DNA of 64,000 nucleotides from Craspedostauros australis (Eukaryota). Each line of letters starts with the position of its first letter. The first letter of the stretch is position 1. The stretch lies in contig JALAGF010006090.1 of NCBI GenBank assembly GCA_030167865.1, forward strand, positions 1 through 64,000, written 5' to 3'. A program made the translations under genes and the position numbers. Of the stretch, positions 1 through 12,422 are shown one piece after another. The notes under the pieces were generated by a model that was given only the letters and a program-made list of their open reading frames with translations, made no database searches and was not told where the DNA came from.

Positions 1-1835
1 ATGCTTCTGAGAATACCAATCGCGACAGCAACGGACGCGTCGATAGCAGCCCTGGCTTGGACCTGCAACAGGATGCAACGGATCCAAATCAAAAGGCTCC
101 GATCATGGCGACGCTGGCGCCTTGCGTTGATCAGGTTCGGGAAGGTCTCAAGGACGAAATCACGCAAGAGCTTCGAATCCAACAACAGAGTGCGAGGGTG
201 TCGTACGATTACACTCACCTTCAAACTGCCATCGTGGTGGCGAGCGACGGGAAGGCCGTGGATATGGAGAACACCATGCTCGCCGACGGACGAAGTGAAA
301 ACCTCCACGAGAACAACGACGAGTCAGACAGCAATGCTGCAGTCGCTCAACGCAAGCGCCGGCAATTGCAGATGGTGGCAATTGCCATCTGTTTACTCAG
401 CACAATCGGAATTGTCGTAGCTGTCATCCTTGCCACAGGCGCGGGCACAGATGCTGGTAATGGCAGTGCCGTCGGAGACAACGAAACAGACGACCAGGTG
501 GGATTTAGCAACACTTCATCTCCAACCATCATGCCAACACTGTCTCCGACCTCCTCCCCGACAACTGAAGAAACATTTTTTCTGACTGAGGAAACGGTCA
601 TCGACCTTCTCGTCAGCATCATCGGTCCTGCCTTGATGGGGCCGCCTTCCTTCACCAACGCAACGGTATTTATGGACAAAGAATCAGACGAATATCAAAC
701 CATGCTGTGGATGTCAACCTCCGATCAACGGACTGCGGAGTTGATGCTGCGGAACGACCCTTCTGACGCCGCGCACCTGCTGGAACGCTACATCGTCTCC
801 AAGATGCACCTCGCAATGAATGGATTCGCGTGGAGAAACCAGGTCAACTTCCTCACCGACATGGACATCTGCCTGTGGAACCAAGTGGAACCCCAAGAAT
901 ATGGTATTTTCTGCGATCCGGAAGGCTTTGTCCAATCCATCATGTTCTTCAACAACAACATGAAAGGCACCATCCCTTTGGACTTCTACCAATTGTCCAA
1001 TCTACAGAATGTATGCTTCAGCGTCAACTTCAAAATCACTGGGACGATTTCGTCGTACATCGGCAACTTGCGCAATCTGGCTACTTTCCAAGCCCACTCG
1101 ACCAGCCTCAGTGGATCAATCCCAACAGAAATTGGATTGCTGGTGGACCTGATGCAACTGTACCTACCCTCCACACGACTCTCTGGGGAAATCCCGTCAG
1201 AGCTCGGGCGCCTCACGGCGCTGACCCAGCTTGACCTCCTCAAAAATCAGATCTCCGGCACGATCCCAACTGAACTGGGGGATTGCACGAGCATGGTCAT
1301 TTTGGGAATGCATGACATGCCAAAGCTGAACGGGACTTTACCATCCGAACTGGGGAGGATGACGAGGCTGGCCAACGTCTTCTTCTCAAACACGGGCCTG
1401 AGCGGAACAGTTCCCTCGTCTTTCGCTCAGATGTTCAACCTGTTCCAATTCTACATTGGAGGATCCATGATCACTGGCAACCTGGATCCGATCTTTTGCA
1501 GCGACAGCACGGTCCCGGCAGACATGTGGAGCGACTGCAGACCGGATCTTGTCGATGGTAACCCACCCCGCGTGGCATGCAGCTGTTGCGCAGGCTGTTG
1601 CAGCGACGGCCAGGCATGCGAGGAGCGAATACCGCAACATGACGGATGCAACAGAAATTGCGTCGCCTGCGATACTTTTGGCAAAGGTGTCTATGCGTCG
1701 ACCTGCGAATCGTGTCCGTCCTTCCATGATCCCGACACGAACGAGACTGTGCATCAGTGCTCCGGCTCGTGCCAATGGAATTCAACAGAGGGCGTTTGCC
1801 AGACCAGAACAACCGGATTCTACGATGGTGATTGA
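1..1835 (+). CDS. Single-pass transmembrane leucine-rich-repeat protein (diatom LRR receptor-like family), 5'-partial
   Basis: Frame is open from position 3 to TGA at 1833-1835. It contains a hydrophobic helix (MVAIAICLLSTIGIVVAVILA) after a basic patch, a PT-rich linker (SPTIMPTLSPT), plant-type LRRs (lsGsIPtElG.L..L..L.L..N) and a Cys cap (DC...VACSCCAGCC), followed by an extra Cys-rich tail. Confidence 0.9.
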   Translation, partial: ASENTNRDSNGRVDSSPGLDLQQDATDPNQKAPIMATLAPCVDQVREGLKDEITQELRIQQQSARVSYDYTHLQTAIVVASDGKAVDMENTMLADGRSENLHENNDESDSNAAVAQRKRRQLQMVAIAICLLSTIGIVVAVILATGAGTDAGNGSAVGDNETDDQVGFSNTSSPTIMPTLSPTSSPTTEETFFLTEETVIDLLVSIIGPALMGPPSFTNATVFMDKESDEYQTMLWMSTSDQRTAELMLRNDPSDAAHLLERYIVSKMHLAMNGFAWRNQVNFLTDMDICLWNQVEPQEYGIFCDPEGFVQSIMFFNNNMKGTIPLDFYQLSNLQNVCFSVNFKITGTISSYIGNLRNLATFQAHSTSLSGSIPTEIGLLVDLMQLYLPSTRLSGEIPSELGRLTALTQLDLLKNQISGTIPTELGDCTSMVILGMHDMPKLNGTLPSELGRMTRLANVFFSNTGLSGTVPSSFAQMFNLFQFYIGGSMITGNLDPIFCSDSTVPADMWSDCRPDLVDGNPPRVACSCCAGCCSDGQACEERIPQHDGCNRNCVACDTFGKGVYASTCESCPSFHDPDTNETVHQCSGSCQWNSTEGVCQTRTTGFYDGD

Positions 1836-2447
1836 GGAAACACATCAGAGGAGCCCCCATCCCGTCCCGTCACAAACGAAACTGCGCGAAGAGTTGATGG
1901 GACAGCAGCTCTCATGGAAGGTATCTACATTCCACATGCACGAACGGAGTTATGCGTACCTGCGCTCAGCCCCGATGTAGCTACGAGTAGAAAAGAATAG
2001 TAGTATGGTGCGCGTACACACACACACACACCCTATCCGAAATAGAGAGCCCACTATGTTAGTAGAGGACAGTCAAGACGCTTTCGTGGAGGTTGTCGCC
2101 AATGTGCAGCATTGGACCTACTCGTGCGCTGAAACCGTGGAATCGATCGATGCAGTTGTTTCTTTCGCCTAGCATCTCCTTGTGCACGAGTAGTCGGATT
2201 ACACACAGCAACATCACAATCAATGTTGCTTCCCGTGCTTTCCTCCTGCTCTTCCATTGGCACTGTTGTGTCCTCGCCTTTGTACGCGTGTCCTGGCGCA
2301 ATCTTCTCTCCGTGACCGGTCTTGCGACCGCCAGCGTTTCCCCTACTCGAATGGTGAAATGATAGAAAGGGCATGAATCCGCAACCTCAACGAGCAACAT
2401 AGTCGTCATGTTAGTGTTATCGGACGTGTGGAGAGTGCAGCAGCGCA

Positions 2448-2467
2448 CTCTCTCTCTCTCTCTCTCT
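2448..2467. repeat. (CT)n microsatellite
   Basis: Read directly. Similar short tracts lie near 2016 (CA), 28642 (CT), 38420 (GA) and 60318 (CT). Confidence 0.9.
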
Positions 2468-3290
2468 GGGGAGCCGAGCGGCCGTCCACCATGGCTGTTG
2501 GATAAACGTGATTGAAGGAGGCTAAGAAGGGAGGAACGAGAAGAGATGATGGCAGGTTGGCTCTAGTCCCGAATCAGTCTTGTATGATTGCGTTCGAACA
2601 TCACTTGAAAACAGAACATAGAACAAGTTCGCTCCAACACTCCGTATTTGTTGGAATATGTTTTCTTCCCGATACCCCATCTGAAAGCTGCTGTCCAATT
2701 TACGGACAACAGACATGTCCGTCAAAGCAACAACAAAAAACAATACAGTGTCGCTAACGACTCGCGAGAGGGTAACGGACACAACAACCAATATCAGCAC
2801 ATTCACCGAATCATGTAAATAGAAATGGCGTGACTGAGCGCGACTCACTATTCCAATCTTGACTAGATTAAACGTAGGTGTCGACCATGACGCTCCGCGT
2901 GTTGCGTGAGCGCAACGGGATACCTTCACGACAACCGCTCTTTCCCGTCGACCGCCACAAGTCATAGCCCTTCTCATGTACGGTATAACAGCGACAACAA
3001 CAGCATCTCCCTCGCTTGTTGCGATGAACAGCAGAAATATGTGTATAAAGAGATCGGACAACTCTCTGCGTGTACGATTAACTTCGAATTGCTATTCTAC
3101 CATGCTTTATGTATTAAATTCCGAAAGGGTGGCCCATGCATGGTTGTCCAGACTCGCTTCATTCCAATTGACTCCATTGAAGCGGATGAATGCCCATTCA
3201 CGTCCGTATCTCTGCCTGTATGTACGTGCGGAGCGTGTGTGGGTGGTATGATCACGCTGATTCGCCATGACTACTCTGTAGTATTCGAAC

Positions 3291-6200
3291 TCAAAGCAAA
3301 TCCAACAACACCATCTCAGCATCCGAAAATGTGGATTTGGCGGCGGTGGTGTCCATGCTTCTGCTCGTATTCTGTTCCGTCTCCTGTTCGTTGGTGTAAA
3401 CATCGTCACCATCGAACATGGCACTTTCGACGTACTTGAGCTTTCGCAGCAAGGACAATGTCTGCGTGGACGGCTTCGTACCAAGGGATGCCAATTTCTC
3501 CTGCAGTGATCAACGAATGGTTCATGAGCGAACATGATATGGCATGCGTGTACCATGGTGTGCGTGGTTTCAAGGGGCGAAGTTGAAGAACAGCGTTGGA
3601 TGGTGAGTGGTGTTGTTCGTATGAAGGGTATCAGAGGGCACGCCCAGGAGCTCCATCTTCAATCGGCAAACATGTGTCATAGTCCCTTCCTTCCAATATT
3701 CACGTGCACACATTAACATTGACATTCACATCATCTCCCTCCCTCTCTCACACACACACTCAATTCGTCCCACCACTTCTTCCATTCCAGACACAAAAAA
3801 CGTACCCGAATTCTGGGATAAAAGTCGATGCGTGGCATCAAGTGCTTGGCCCGTTTCGCCGATGGTGGTTTGTTGAGATCCGTGAGAACCGTCGAAGGTC
3901 GTTTGTGCGCGTTGATGTGGATCGGCGTGGCTGGCAGTTTGGAGCTGTGGGAAGTGGTCGGTGACGCAGCAGCGGCGGCGGCAACCGCAGTTGCAGGAGG
4001 AACCGCATCCTCTCTTTCCACCTTCTCGTCTTCCACGAGCGTTGACATGCCGTTCATGTTTACATCAATCTGGACACTGGCGTTGGCCGCACCGTTGGCG
4101 AAACTGTTCCTTTCCGCAGTTCCTCCGTTTTGCTTTTGCTCGTCCGCACCGCCTGCGGCTCCGACGAGATCTGCTGTCGAAGTGTTAGTTCGCAGTTGCG
4201 TATCGGAGGACTTGGCGGAGCCAGTGTCGCCGTCGGAACCATAGGCAGGTGAGAAGAAGTACTGATGGAGCTGCCACAAATCCGCATTCTTGAATTCGAG
4301 ATTCGTGAGGTCTTGCAGGGCCTTCGCGTGATCACGGAGCCATTTGAGATTCTTGCTGCGCTGGTGTGTGTCGACCTTCGGCTTCATGCTGCTGCGGCTG
4401 CTGCGATGTCGGAGTCTATTCAAGCTGTTCTTGCTGCTGCTGCGCTTCCTGCCGCCCATCCTTCGGCCTTGCGAGTTGTGCCGAGGTATGCCAGTCACGG
4501 TGACGGTATTTGCAACGCCGTCTGCTGTCTCGGCAGTCGAAGCGACTCCAAGACCTTCAATGCCATCTTCGCCATCCTCTTCGTTGTCATCGAACGAGTA
4601 GTCGTCCGAGTACGATGATCGGTCGAAGGAGTCTGTTTCCGACCATTCTCCGGCCTGCTCCGCGCCGCCTCCGCCATCAAATCCGTCATTCCAGGCCGGG
4701 ACCCGCAGGCTGCCATCCTGTGCACCTTCCAGAATCGCAGCATCGGCAGGCAGCACAGGCGATCCTTCCAACTCAACATGCTCCTCCTCAAATCGCATTC
4801 TGGCTGACTCGGACTCCGACAGCGCCGTGAATGCCTTCTTGGCGGCACCTGCGACAGTCGCGGGTGCCTCTGGACCAGGTCGGGCCCCCGTCGACCGTCC
4901 GAAATTGCTCATCGAGTTGTGCAAACGATATTGGAACCACATGTACCGCACGAAGCTGAGGATTCGGTCATTGCCCCAATCTTGTGGCAGTTGCGGAATT
5001 CCGAGCGTCATTGTGATGGCTGCAAATCAAGATGCAGTAGAGTATTGGGAATGAACGAACGAACGAACGAAAAACGAGGCACATGGCACCGATGAAGACA
5101 AACCGTATGAATATGGTTGTGCATGGGTGGAATCGTTTAACGGGACGTGAGCAAAAGGTGATGTTAGTTGACGTGTGGTTCGTTCATGGCAACGAAGTGC
5201 AACAAATGAATCAAGCGGTGGAATTCAACAACACGATACACAATATCGCAGCGCACTTACGACCAAGCGGAAATCCCGTCAAGGAGCGGAGCGTGACTTC
5301 TCGGTTGGAGACGATGCCTGCGACTATGTGGCGTTGTCCGGAGTAGCCGATGGAACAGCTGTCGACGTTGAGGGCCTGCAATGTCGTGTTGTAGGCCAAG
5401 GCGTAGGATGTGGCCTTGGAGGCATTCTGATCCATGGGCATGCCAGCCAGGGAGATGGAGCGCATGGTTTGGTTTTCGGAGATGCTCTTCATGAGGGCCT
5501 TGATGCCGATGGTGGTGACGCGGTTGTAACTGAGGTCAAGCATTTGCAACTTCACGGCGCCGAGGACGACGGAGCACAGCTGCGCGCCGCGATCCTGTAT
5601 TTTGTTGCTGTCGAGCTTGATGACGCGCAGGGTTTGCGATCCCCAGATGGCGTTCATGAGGCTTTCGACGCCCGTGCAGGTGATCTGGTTGAAGGAGACG
5701 TCGATGTAGGTGAGGGGCATGTTGCTGTTGTTCTGCGAGATGGCCTTGGAGAGGAGGTCCATGTCCTGATCGTCGATGTTGTTGTTGGATAGGGAGATGA
5801 CCTTCATGCCCGCGTTGGTGATTATCATGGATGGCAACGCTAGGAAGCCTCGCCTGATTTTATTTCCGCTGGCGGAGACGCGGTTGATGCCGACATCGTT
5901 GAGGTAGAGCTCCTCGAGCGGGGTCGGCTGTCCCGGAAGGATCATGCCGCCGCTCTGCTGCAGTATTTGGATTCGCCTGGACTCCGATTGCGTGATGGCG
6001 CCCACAAGTATTTTGACGCCGGTGGAACCGATTGGGTTTGCGGAGAGGTGGAGGGAGGAGAGGCCGCTGGCACCGTGGAGGATGGCGCCGGCGATGGCCG
6101 CCACGCCTTTCGTTTTGATGTAATTCCCGGACAGGTATATGGTGCGCACGGCTGGGTTACCTGCGACGAAGTGAAGAGCGATGGCCGCGCATCCGGCATC

Positions 6201-8308
6201 GCCAATGTGATTGAAGCCCATGTCGAGCACGGACAGGGTTCTGTGATGCTCGTTGTGCTGCACGCAGGCGGCGGCGATGATGCTGGCGCCTTCGTCACAG
6301 AACTGATTGCATGCTAGTTTGAGGACCGACAGTTGCTGGTTGTTTCGGATGAGGTCACTTATCCTCTGTGCGTCTGACAAGCCCAATCCTCTCCGTGACA
6401 AATCCACCTGTGCCCATTTGGTGAGCAAGGACGTAATTACACATGTGCGCGTGTGCGAGTAACACAGCATGACGGAATGAGAAGAAAGGGAAGTGTGATT
6501 TGGTGAGAAGGTTGTTGTTGCCGTGTGGTTGAATGCATACTGAAACGGGTGTTTGAATGAATGAATGAACGCTTGGAGGAATGAACGGACGAGTGCATTG
6601 ATGTGAAGTGGTTGATTGCGATCGCCGAACGAGAAGGAAATCAAACAAAGCGAAGCGCCATCCCGAACTCCATCGGAACCGTCTGCGCGGACGTGTGATT
6701 CGTGCCGACGCCGCTGAGTGCAAGAGACTCGCTTCATCGGCGATGCCAACATGGTGGTGTGGGTGCGACGATGACGCATGGTACGTATCAGGTTCCTTCC
6801 TGTTTTCCTTCCTTCCTTTCTCCATTCGCACGCTCTTTTGTCCGATCGTTTGTTTGTTCATCTGTTCGTTCACGCGATGCCACGCCGCCCGTCTTCCTTC
6901 CATCGATGTGCTGGATAGCTTCCCAATGCTCAATGCACAGTGTCCAATGCACAGTGTCCAACGCAACACACATACACATCCGCAGATACACAGGCATGCT
7001 CCACATTCACAGTGATGGCGACCCTGATGATGACAAGGATGAAGTTGGCATGGATGTCGGCACCCGTGTCGACGTCAAATACCAATGTCATTCTCATTGC
7101 CACCACCATTCTGGAAGCCAATATCGACTTCAACACCAACGTCAAGGCGTATTTGAACGTCGATGACGATGTCTGATGCGCTTACGTACCACCAATAATC
7201 TTCCCGTGGGCGTGGCCTGCTGTAATCGATGCAAGAGAACATCCCTCGTGCGCAAGGAGAGAGATGTGCATACGTAGCTGTTCTGCAACGGTTCCACATC
7301 TTCGACAATCAACAATTCGTGATGCTGCGGCAGGGTGGGCAAGGCCGTGGCTGCTGTGTCATCGCCACCAAAGCGGCCTCGTTCTGTGTCATGATCCGAT
7401 TCTTCATCTTCCTTGGCGAGGTATTGCTGCACCTGCGTGGGCAACAAGGTGGCATGGTCCTGTTCGGCGGAGGTGCGTTCGTGCAGCGCACCAGCCGAAT
7501 CGTCGCTTGCGTCTGTGACCTGTCGCGTTGGATCGCCGCACATGGATTGCTCATCGCTGGAGGAAGCGTCACCCGAGATGTCCATTCCGATGTGGTTGCT
7601 GCGGTGAGAGTTGTCATGCAGATGACTCCTGTGTGCGAATGATTGATGCAGTTGGAGTTGCTGCTGCTGTAACTGTTGCTGTTGTTGTAATTGGCGATGT
7701 TGCTGCTGCTGTTGTAATTGGCGTTGTTGCTGATGTTGCTGATGCTGCTCCTGTTCTTTTTGTTGGTTCTGCTTGAGTTGTTGCAGTTGGTGTTGGTGTT
7801 CCTGCTCCTTGCGTTCATGCTGCAATCGTTGCAGGTTCTGGTGTGACGAAGTAGATAACGACGATGCGACGGCTGGTGGAGGTGGTGGATGCGATTGCTG
7901 CTGGTGTGTGCATCCTTCCTTGATGGTCGCTGATTGTGTTGCCGATTGTGTTGCCGATTGCAATGCTGATTGCCTTGATGATGGTGTTACTGCCGGTGCT
8001 GATGGTGTTGCGACTGATTGAGCCACAGCGGATGATGAAGGCGTTGCCTGGCCGTTGCCCAGCTGACTGCCAAGGCTGATGTGATTGGTCTGGCTGCCTT
8101 GCGACGCTTGATGGCTTTGGGCGATCTGAGAAGCGTGAGCCATTGTTGTCTGGGCCATCGATGTGTGAGCTATGGATGTGTGAGCTATGGATGCGTGAGC
8201 TATGGATGCGTGAGGAAGCTGAGACAGCTGAGAGACTTGAGTGGTCGCACGGGCGGCTGTCCCTCCGGCCGCCCCGCTCGGCTGCTGTGTTTGGTTGATT
8301 GTTGACAT
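3291..8308 (-). CDS. RNI-like (NLRC3/RanGAP-type) LRR protein with Gln-rich disordered N-terminus; exons 8308-7190, 6407-5261, 5019-3806, 3500-3291
   Basis: Four ORF fragments join in frame across GT..AG introns (6408-7189, 5020-5260, 3501-3805), giving RLLV|VDLSRRGL, LG-P|ITMTLG and PRIR|EKLASL. Exon 2 has ~28-aa LxxLxLxxNxIgdxG repeats. The first in-frame ATG is at 8308. Confidence 0.85.
6931..6965. repeat. 14-bp tandem repeat (CAATGCACAGTGTC) x2+ in intron 1 of the LRR gene
   Basis: Read directly from the sequence. Confidence 0.85.
8160..8214. repeat. 15-bp coding minisatellite (GATGYGTGAGCTATG) x ~3.7, encoding S-I-A-H-A/T pentapeptides
   Basis: Direct tandem copies start at 8160, 8175, 8190 and 8205. 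Confidence 0.9.
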
Positions 8309-8874
8309 CAGCGAATGCGCAGCAGGGTCGTCATGGGAGGTTTGCTGCTCCTCCTTTGCTCTCCGACTCTTCCTCCGCTTCGTGTCTGCGGCTGCCACTT
8401 GTGCTGGTTGCGCCTGCGTCTGCGAGTGTGTCTCAGTATGCCTCACTATGCCTCACTATGATTCAGTATGCCTGTGTATCTCAGTGCTCGTATTCTGGCT
8501 CGTACGACTATGTCTGTGCGTCCCCACTCGTGCCCGTACTCGTACTACTACTCGTACTAGTGATTGCGATTGCTGGTATGGTGCGATACGAGCAGCCCAG
8601 CGTCTAGCTTGGCTCGTCTTGTGTATTGTTTTATGATATTAATGATCGTCCGTCAACGTTTCTCTCGTGGTTGTTGTTGTGCACAATGGTGTGATCGTGT
8701 CCTGCGGCAGATTGGCGGTGGCGCTTCCGGCTTGCTTCGCTCCTTGCCTCCTTCCTCTCTGGCTCGTGCAGGTCGTGCAGGTCGTACGATTCTTGCCGCT
8801 GTTGACACTCTGCTGTTGATGTCAATCCTAAAATGGCGATGCTGGTTCTAATGCCAGTGCTGCTGAGGTTTCCT

Positions 8875-8918
8875 GATGCTGTTGCTGTTGCTGTTGCTGT
8901 TGCTGATGCTGTTGCTGT
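8875..8918. repeat. (GCTGTT)n hexanucleotide microsatellite
   Basis: Read directly from the sequence. Confidence 0.85.
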
Positions 8919-10234
8919 GATTGTCCATCCAGTGCTTCGAAGCGGTGTCTGTCTCTCGTGTTCCTCCGTCAGTGTGTAGTCGTCCGGTGGTCCAAGTACC
9001 AGACTATCGCAATACCACAACCAACTCGTATCGTGCTACCGATCCTCGTACCAACACCAACATCGTCAACAATCGAACCGCACAGCAAACGAACGCCGCA
9101 GCGGGGAAACACCCGCGGCGACAACCAGACACAAACACCACCTCGTTCTGCTGTCTCAATTCTTCGCTGCTCGTTGTCGTCGTCGCCTCCGTGCTCGTCC
9201 GCATTGCGGCGAACAGTACACGCCCTACTGCCGCCAGTACCGTGCTCGCCGTTGTCCTGCGACACAAGACGGCTGGTCCAATCACGCAGCGCGGTGCGAG
9301 ATGACTGTTAAATGCGAGTGCTGCGTCAGAAAGTGTTACTTAATGCACGAGGAAATTAACGATTTTGATTCGCTCAGAACGAATCATCTTTCCTACGTCA
9401 TAAAGCAGAAAGTTCGCCCAAACACAAAAGTGACGACAGAGTGACAATTGTTGTGCGGAAGTAGACAGACCAGGTTAGGGACAGAGGAACCAAATTCTGT
9501 CCACGCACAACAACGCCATTGTCGCATCTTCGACAAACGGCATCGCCCAAGGATCTGCAGAGAGTGTTCATACCACCCAACACGAGCGCGTGCGGTACAC
9601 GATCTGCGAGGACGAACCCGACGCTCTGCTCCGGAGAACCAACCCATTTCAATGCAACCTGTTCAATCCGTCCAGTTCAGTCCTACGAGATACTTCTCTG
9701 CCTATAAACTGTTCTCAAGGGGGGCGAGGGAAAGTAACAACGGTGCGGACGAGCATGCGTATGCGTATGTGTGTGTGCACCATACCTATCAGTGCAGAAA
9801 ACGGCCGCAGCGTCGGAGTATGCAGAGTACAAATGCTTAGGGCAAGCTACGTGTACGACATGGCCGTATTGCTCCAATTCGGGATGGGCAGTGAGTTTTG
9901 GGAGCACCAATCCACACATACGCGCACCATGGTCATCCGAAACAATCCATCAATTCGCTGTGCCGTATCAGTGTTCGTGATGAAGCGCCACGGATGTGTT
10001 CCAACTGCTTGGTTGCTCTGGCCCAACGATTGATGGGGCGGTTCAACTCAATTCAGATCAAATGTCATGCCATCCATTCTCCTCCAACACTTCATCAACT
10101 GAATCCAATGCATACATTCCTGTACATGTACGTGTTGCACGTATTCCTTGGATCGGTGCCGCGCCATTCCTATTCTTGTGAGTGGAATTGCAGCACTCCA
10201 TGGGCGAGCACCAGCAACAGCTCGTCGTGACGGT

Positions 10235-11556
10235 CTAGAATGCAGAGAATTCCGGAAAGTCCGGAAAGTCAGGGAAGACCTTGAAGTGCAAGAACTTCAG
10301 CCCGATGTACGCCGTCACCCAGAGCACCAGGTATCGTCCGACGAACAAGTCGATGGCATCCAGCACGCTTCTGGCAAACTGTCAACAGGGAACCATGCGA
10401 TGTTAGATGGAATGAAATTCAAATGATTTGTCAAACGAGGCAATATGTGAAGTTAGTCAAACGATCTTCTGTCCCCATGCTCTCAAGGATTGTCGAACGC
10501 ATCGTGCCATATCATATCAGTGACACAAGACATCCAATGCGCAATGCATGAACACACAACACACAAATCACACATCACGCATCACGCAATACATGCCCAC
10601 GTCCACATCGCACAAAAGAAACTCACCCCGACCGTCGTTCCGACCGCCTTGATACCGCCGCTCAACAAGATGAGGAGCAGAGCGGGAAGGCCGCGTTCTG
10701 ACAACACCAGACCCAGATCCACACGCTCGTCGGTGTTCATCTCCTCCGCCTTGGGGCCCAGCACGCGCGTCTTGAAGGGACCCACTCCGAAATCCAACGT
10801 GACCGGCTTTCCCGTGGCGCGATCGAAGGTGAAGCCGCCCAGCAACCGACACGGAGCGCCCAGCAGGAAATCGGCGTACGTGAAGATGACAGTGAGGATC
10901 TTCGTGGATCCCACCAAGATGAAGGTCGTGGCCAGGCTGAAGACGACGCCGGCCAGGAAGGTCTCGACCGTCTCGTGCAGCGGCAGAATCCAGCTCAGTC
11001 CGTTCTGCTGGATGAAGGGACCCACGGCCTCGTTGAAGAAGGATTCGACGACGCAGAGCTCCAGCCGGATGCGCAATAGACCGCCGGCGATGAGGGGACC
11101 GTACTCCGTGAAAGCCTCGGGACCGACCACCGCCTGGGTGCCCTGCTGCAGGAAGCGATAGAAACCGTCCGATGCCGAGCAGACTGGCTGGAATTTGGAC
11201 GGATCGAACTGCCCGCTCGAGATGGAGGGCAGGGCTGGCAGATCGACGGCCGCAGCGTTGGCCATCGAAGGGACCACCATGGCCGTCAAGAGAGCAGCGG
11301 TTGTGGGTGCGGCGTTGTTGATGCCATCATTGGTGGAGAGCATGCTGCGATCGCCGTTGTGGATGTCGCCATTACCCTCCAAATGGAATGGATCAAAGGA
11401 GGCAATCTGCTGCACGCGCTGCTTGTTGTCATCGCTGGTCGCCTGCAGGAAGCTGGATCGCGAGGCGGTTGGCAACGCTGGCTTTTGGAATGCGGTGACG
11501 GAATGGGACATCATGGCCAAGCACGGCAACAGCACGGCTGCCTTCATCTTCATCAT
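10235..11556 (-). CDS. Plastid-targeted (probably thylakoid) membrane protein of unknown function; exons 11556-10627, 10378-10235
   Basis: Signal peptide ends in VTA|F, followed by an S/T-rich transit-like segment and several hydrophobic helices. A phase-0 intron (10379-10626, GTGAGT..CAG) joins a last exon ending LKFLHFKVFPDFPDFPEFSAF*. Confidence 0.8.
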
Positions 11557-12088
11557 TGTTGCTGTTGTGCCGCTATTGTGCTGATGTTGCGTCGCTGTTG
11601 GTGGGTTTCTGCTGGACGAGAGAATGACTGTTGATGCGTGTGATGACTTCTGATCTGTGCGTCCGTATGTATGTGTTGGTTCCGATTATGGATTGCAAGA
11701 TGATGCACGTACTCGCGTGTACAATATTTTGCAGTCGAGCACCAATAGTTGGATGAATGAACGAGTCAGCTCAAATTGAATTCGACCCGCTCTGCTCCAC
11801 AAAATTGATGTGATGAACCACAACGGCGAGACACTCCGACCGGAACCACAACAACGATGACGATGCTGCAGATGCTCCTGCTGATGCTCCTGCTGTTGGT
11901 GATGACCAATCTCGTCGCGATCTTTGGTTTGAATGGGGAACCGAGCGATCCTTCGCTTGTTGGCTTGCGTTCCGTTGCTTTGCGACACGCAGGATAACTC
12001 CCTCATGTTGTCCTTGTTGTTCTGCTGGGGTTTTCTTCTTCGGATTGCGTCAGATCGTCGGGAAGTTTGGCTTGAAAACATCACTTTT

Positions 12089-12171
12089 ACGTCATTTCGC
12101 TGTTGCAGTTGTGACGTGTGGCAACCAAAAAGAGTCGCCAAGATATGTCTTCAATCACGCATATGACGTCA
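12089..12171. promoter_or_regulatory. Cluster of three TGACGT/CRE-like bZIP boxes in a divergent promoter
   Basis: ACGTCA at 12089, TGACGT at 12112 and TGACGTCA at 12164, between the plastid protein gene (-) and INTS7 (+). Confidence 0.45.
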
Positions 12172-12422
12172 AAAGGGACTAGAGTGGGATTCAGCTCTGG
12201 ATCACCATCTTTCGGCGACACACCAACAAAGAAATCCACGATCGTTGATGTCCGCATCCAATCTCTTGCATGTGGTGGCTGTTTCGAAGCATCGAGACGT
12301 TCTGATGCGAGCGCACGGAGGTCTGCCGAGGGGCAGGCGGCGGCTCAGAGATGGAGGGAAGCAAAGGGTGCACACCATACTGGCACAAGAGTTGCGATAC
12401 GCAAGAGATGGACAGAGCAGCC

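Noticed and set aside
1840..3290. Several 100-180 aa ORFs between the two LRR genes
   Set aside because: They overlap on both strands with no recognisable motifs. Probably 3' UTR or intergenic.
8160..8214. Short direct repeats as a possible CRISPR-like array
   Set aside because: Head-to-tail with no spacers, in frame within a coding exon, eukaryotic context and no cas genes.
9340..9385. Two short inverted repeats (TTAAT..ATTAA; GATTCG..CGAATC)
   Set aside because: The stems are only 5-6 bp, with no tRNA, snoRNA or snRNA signature.
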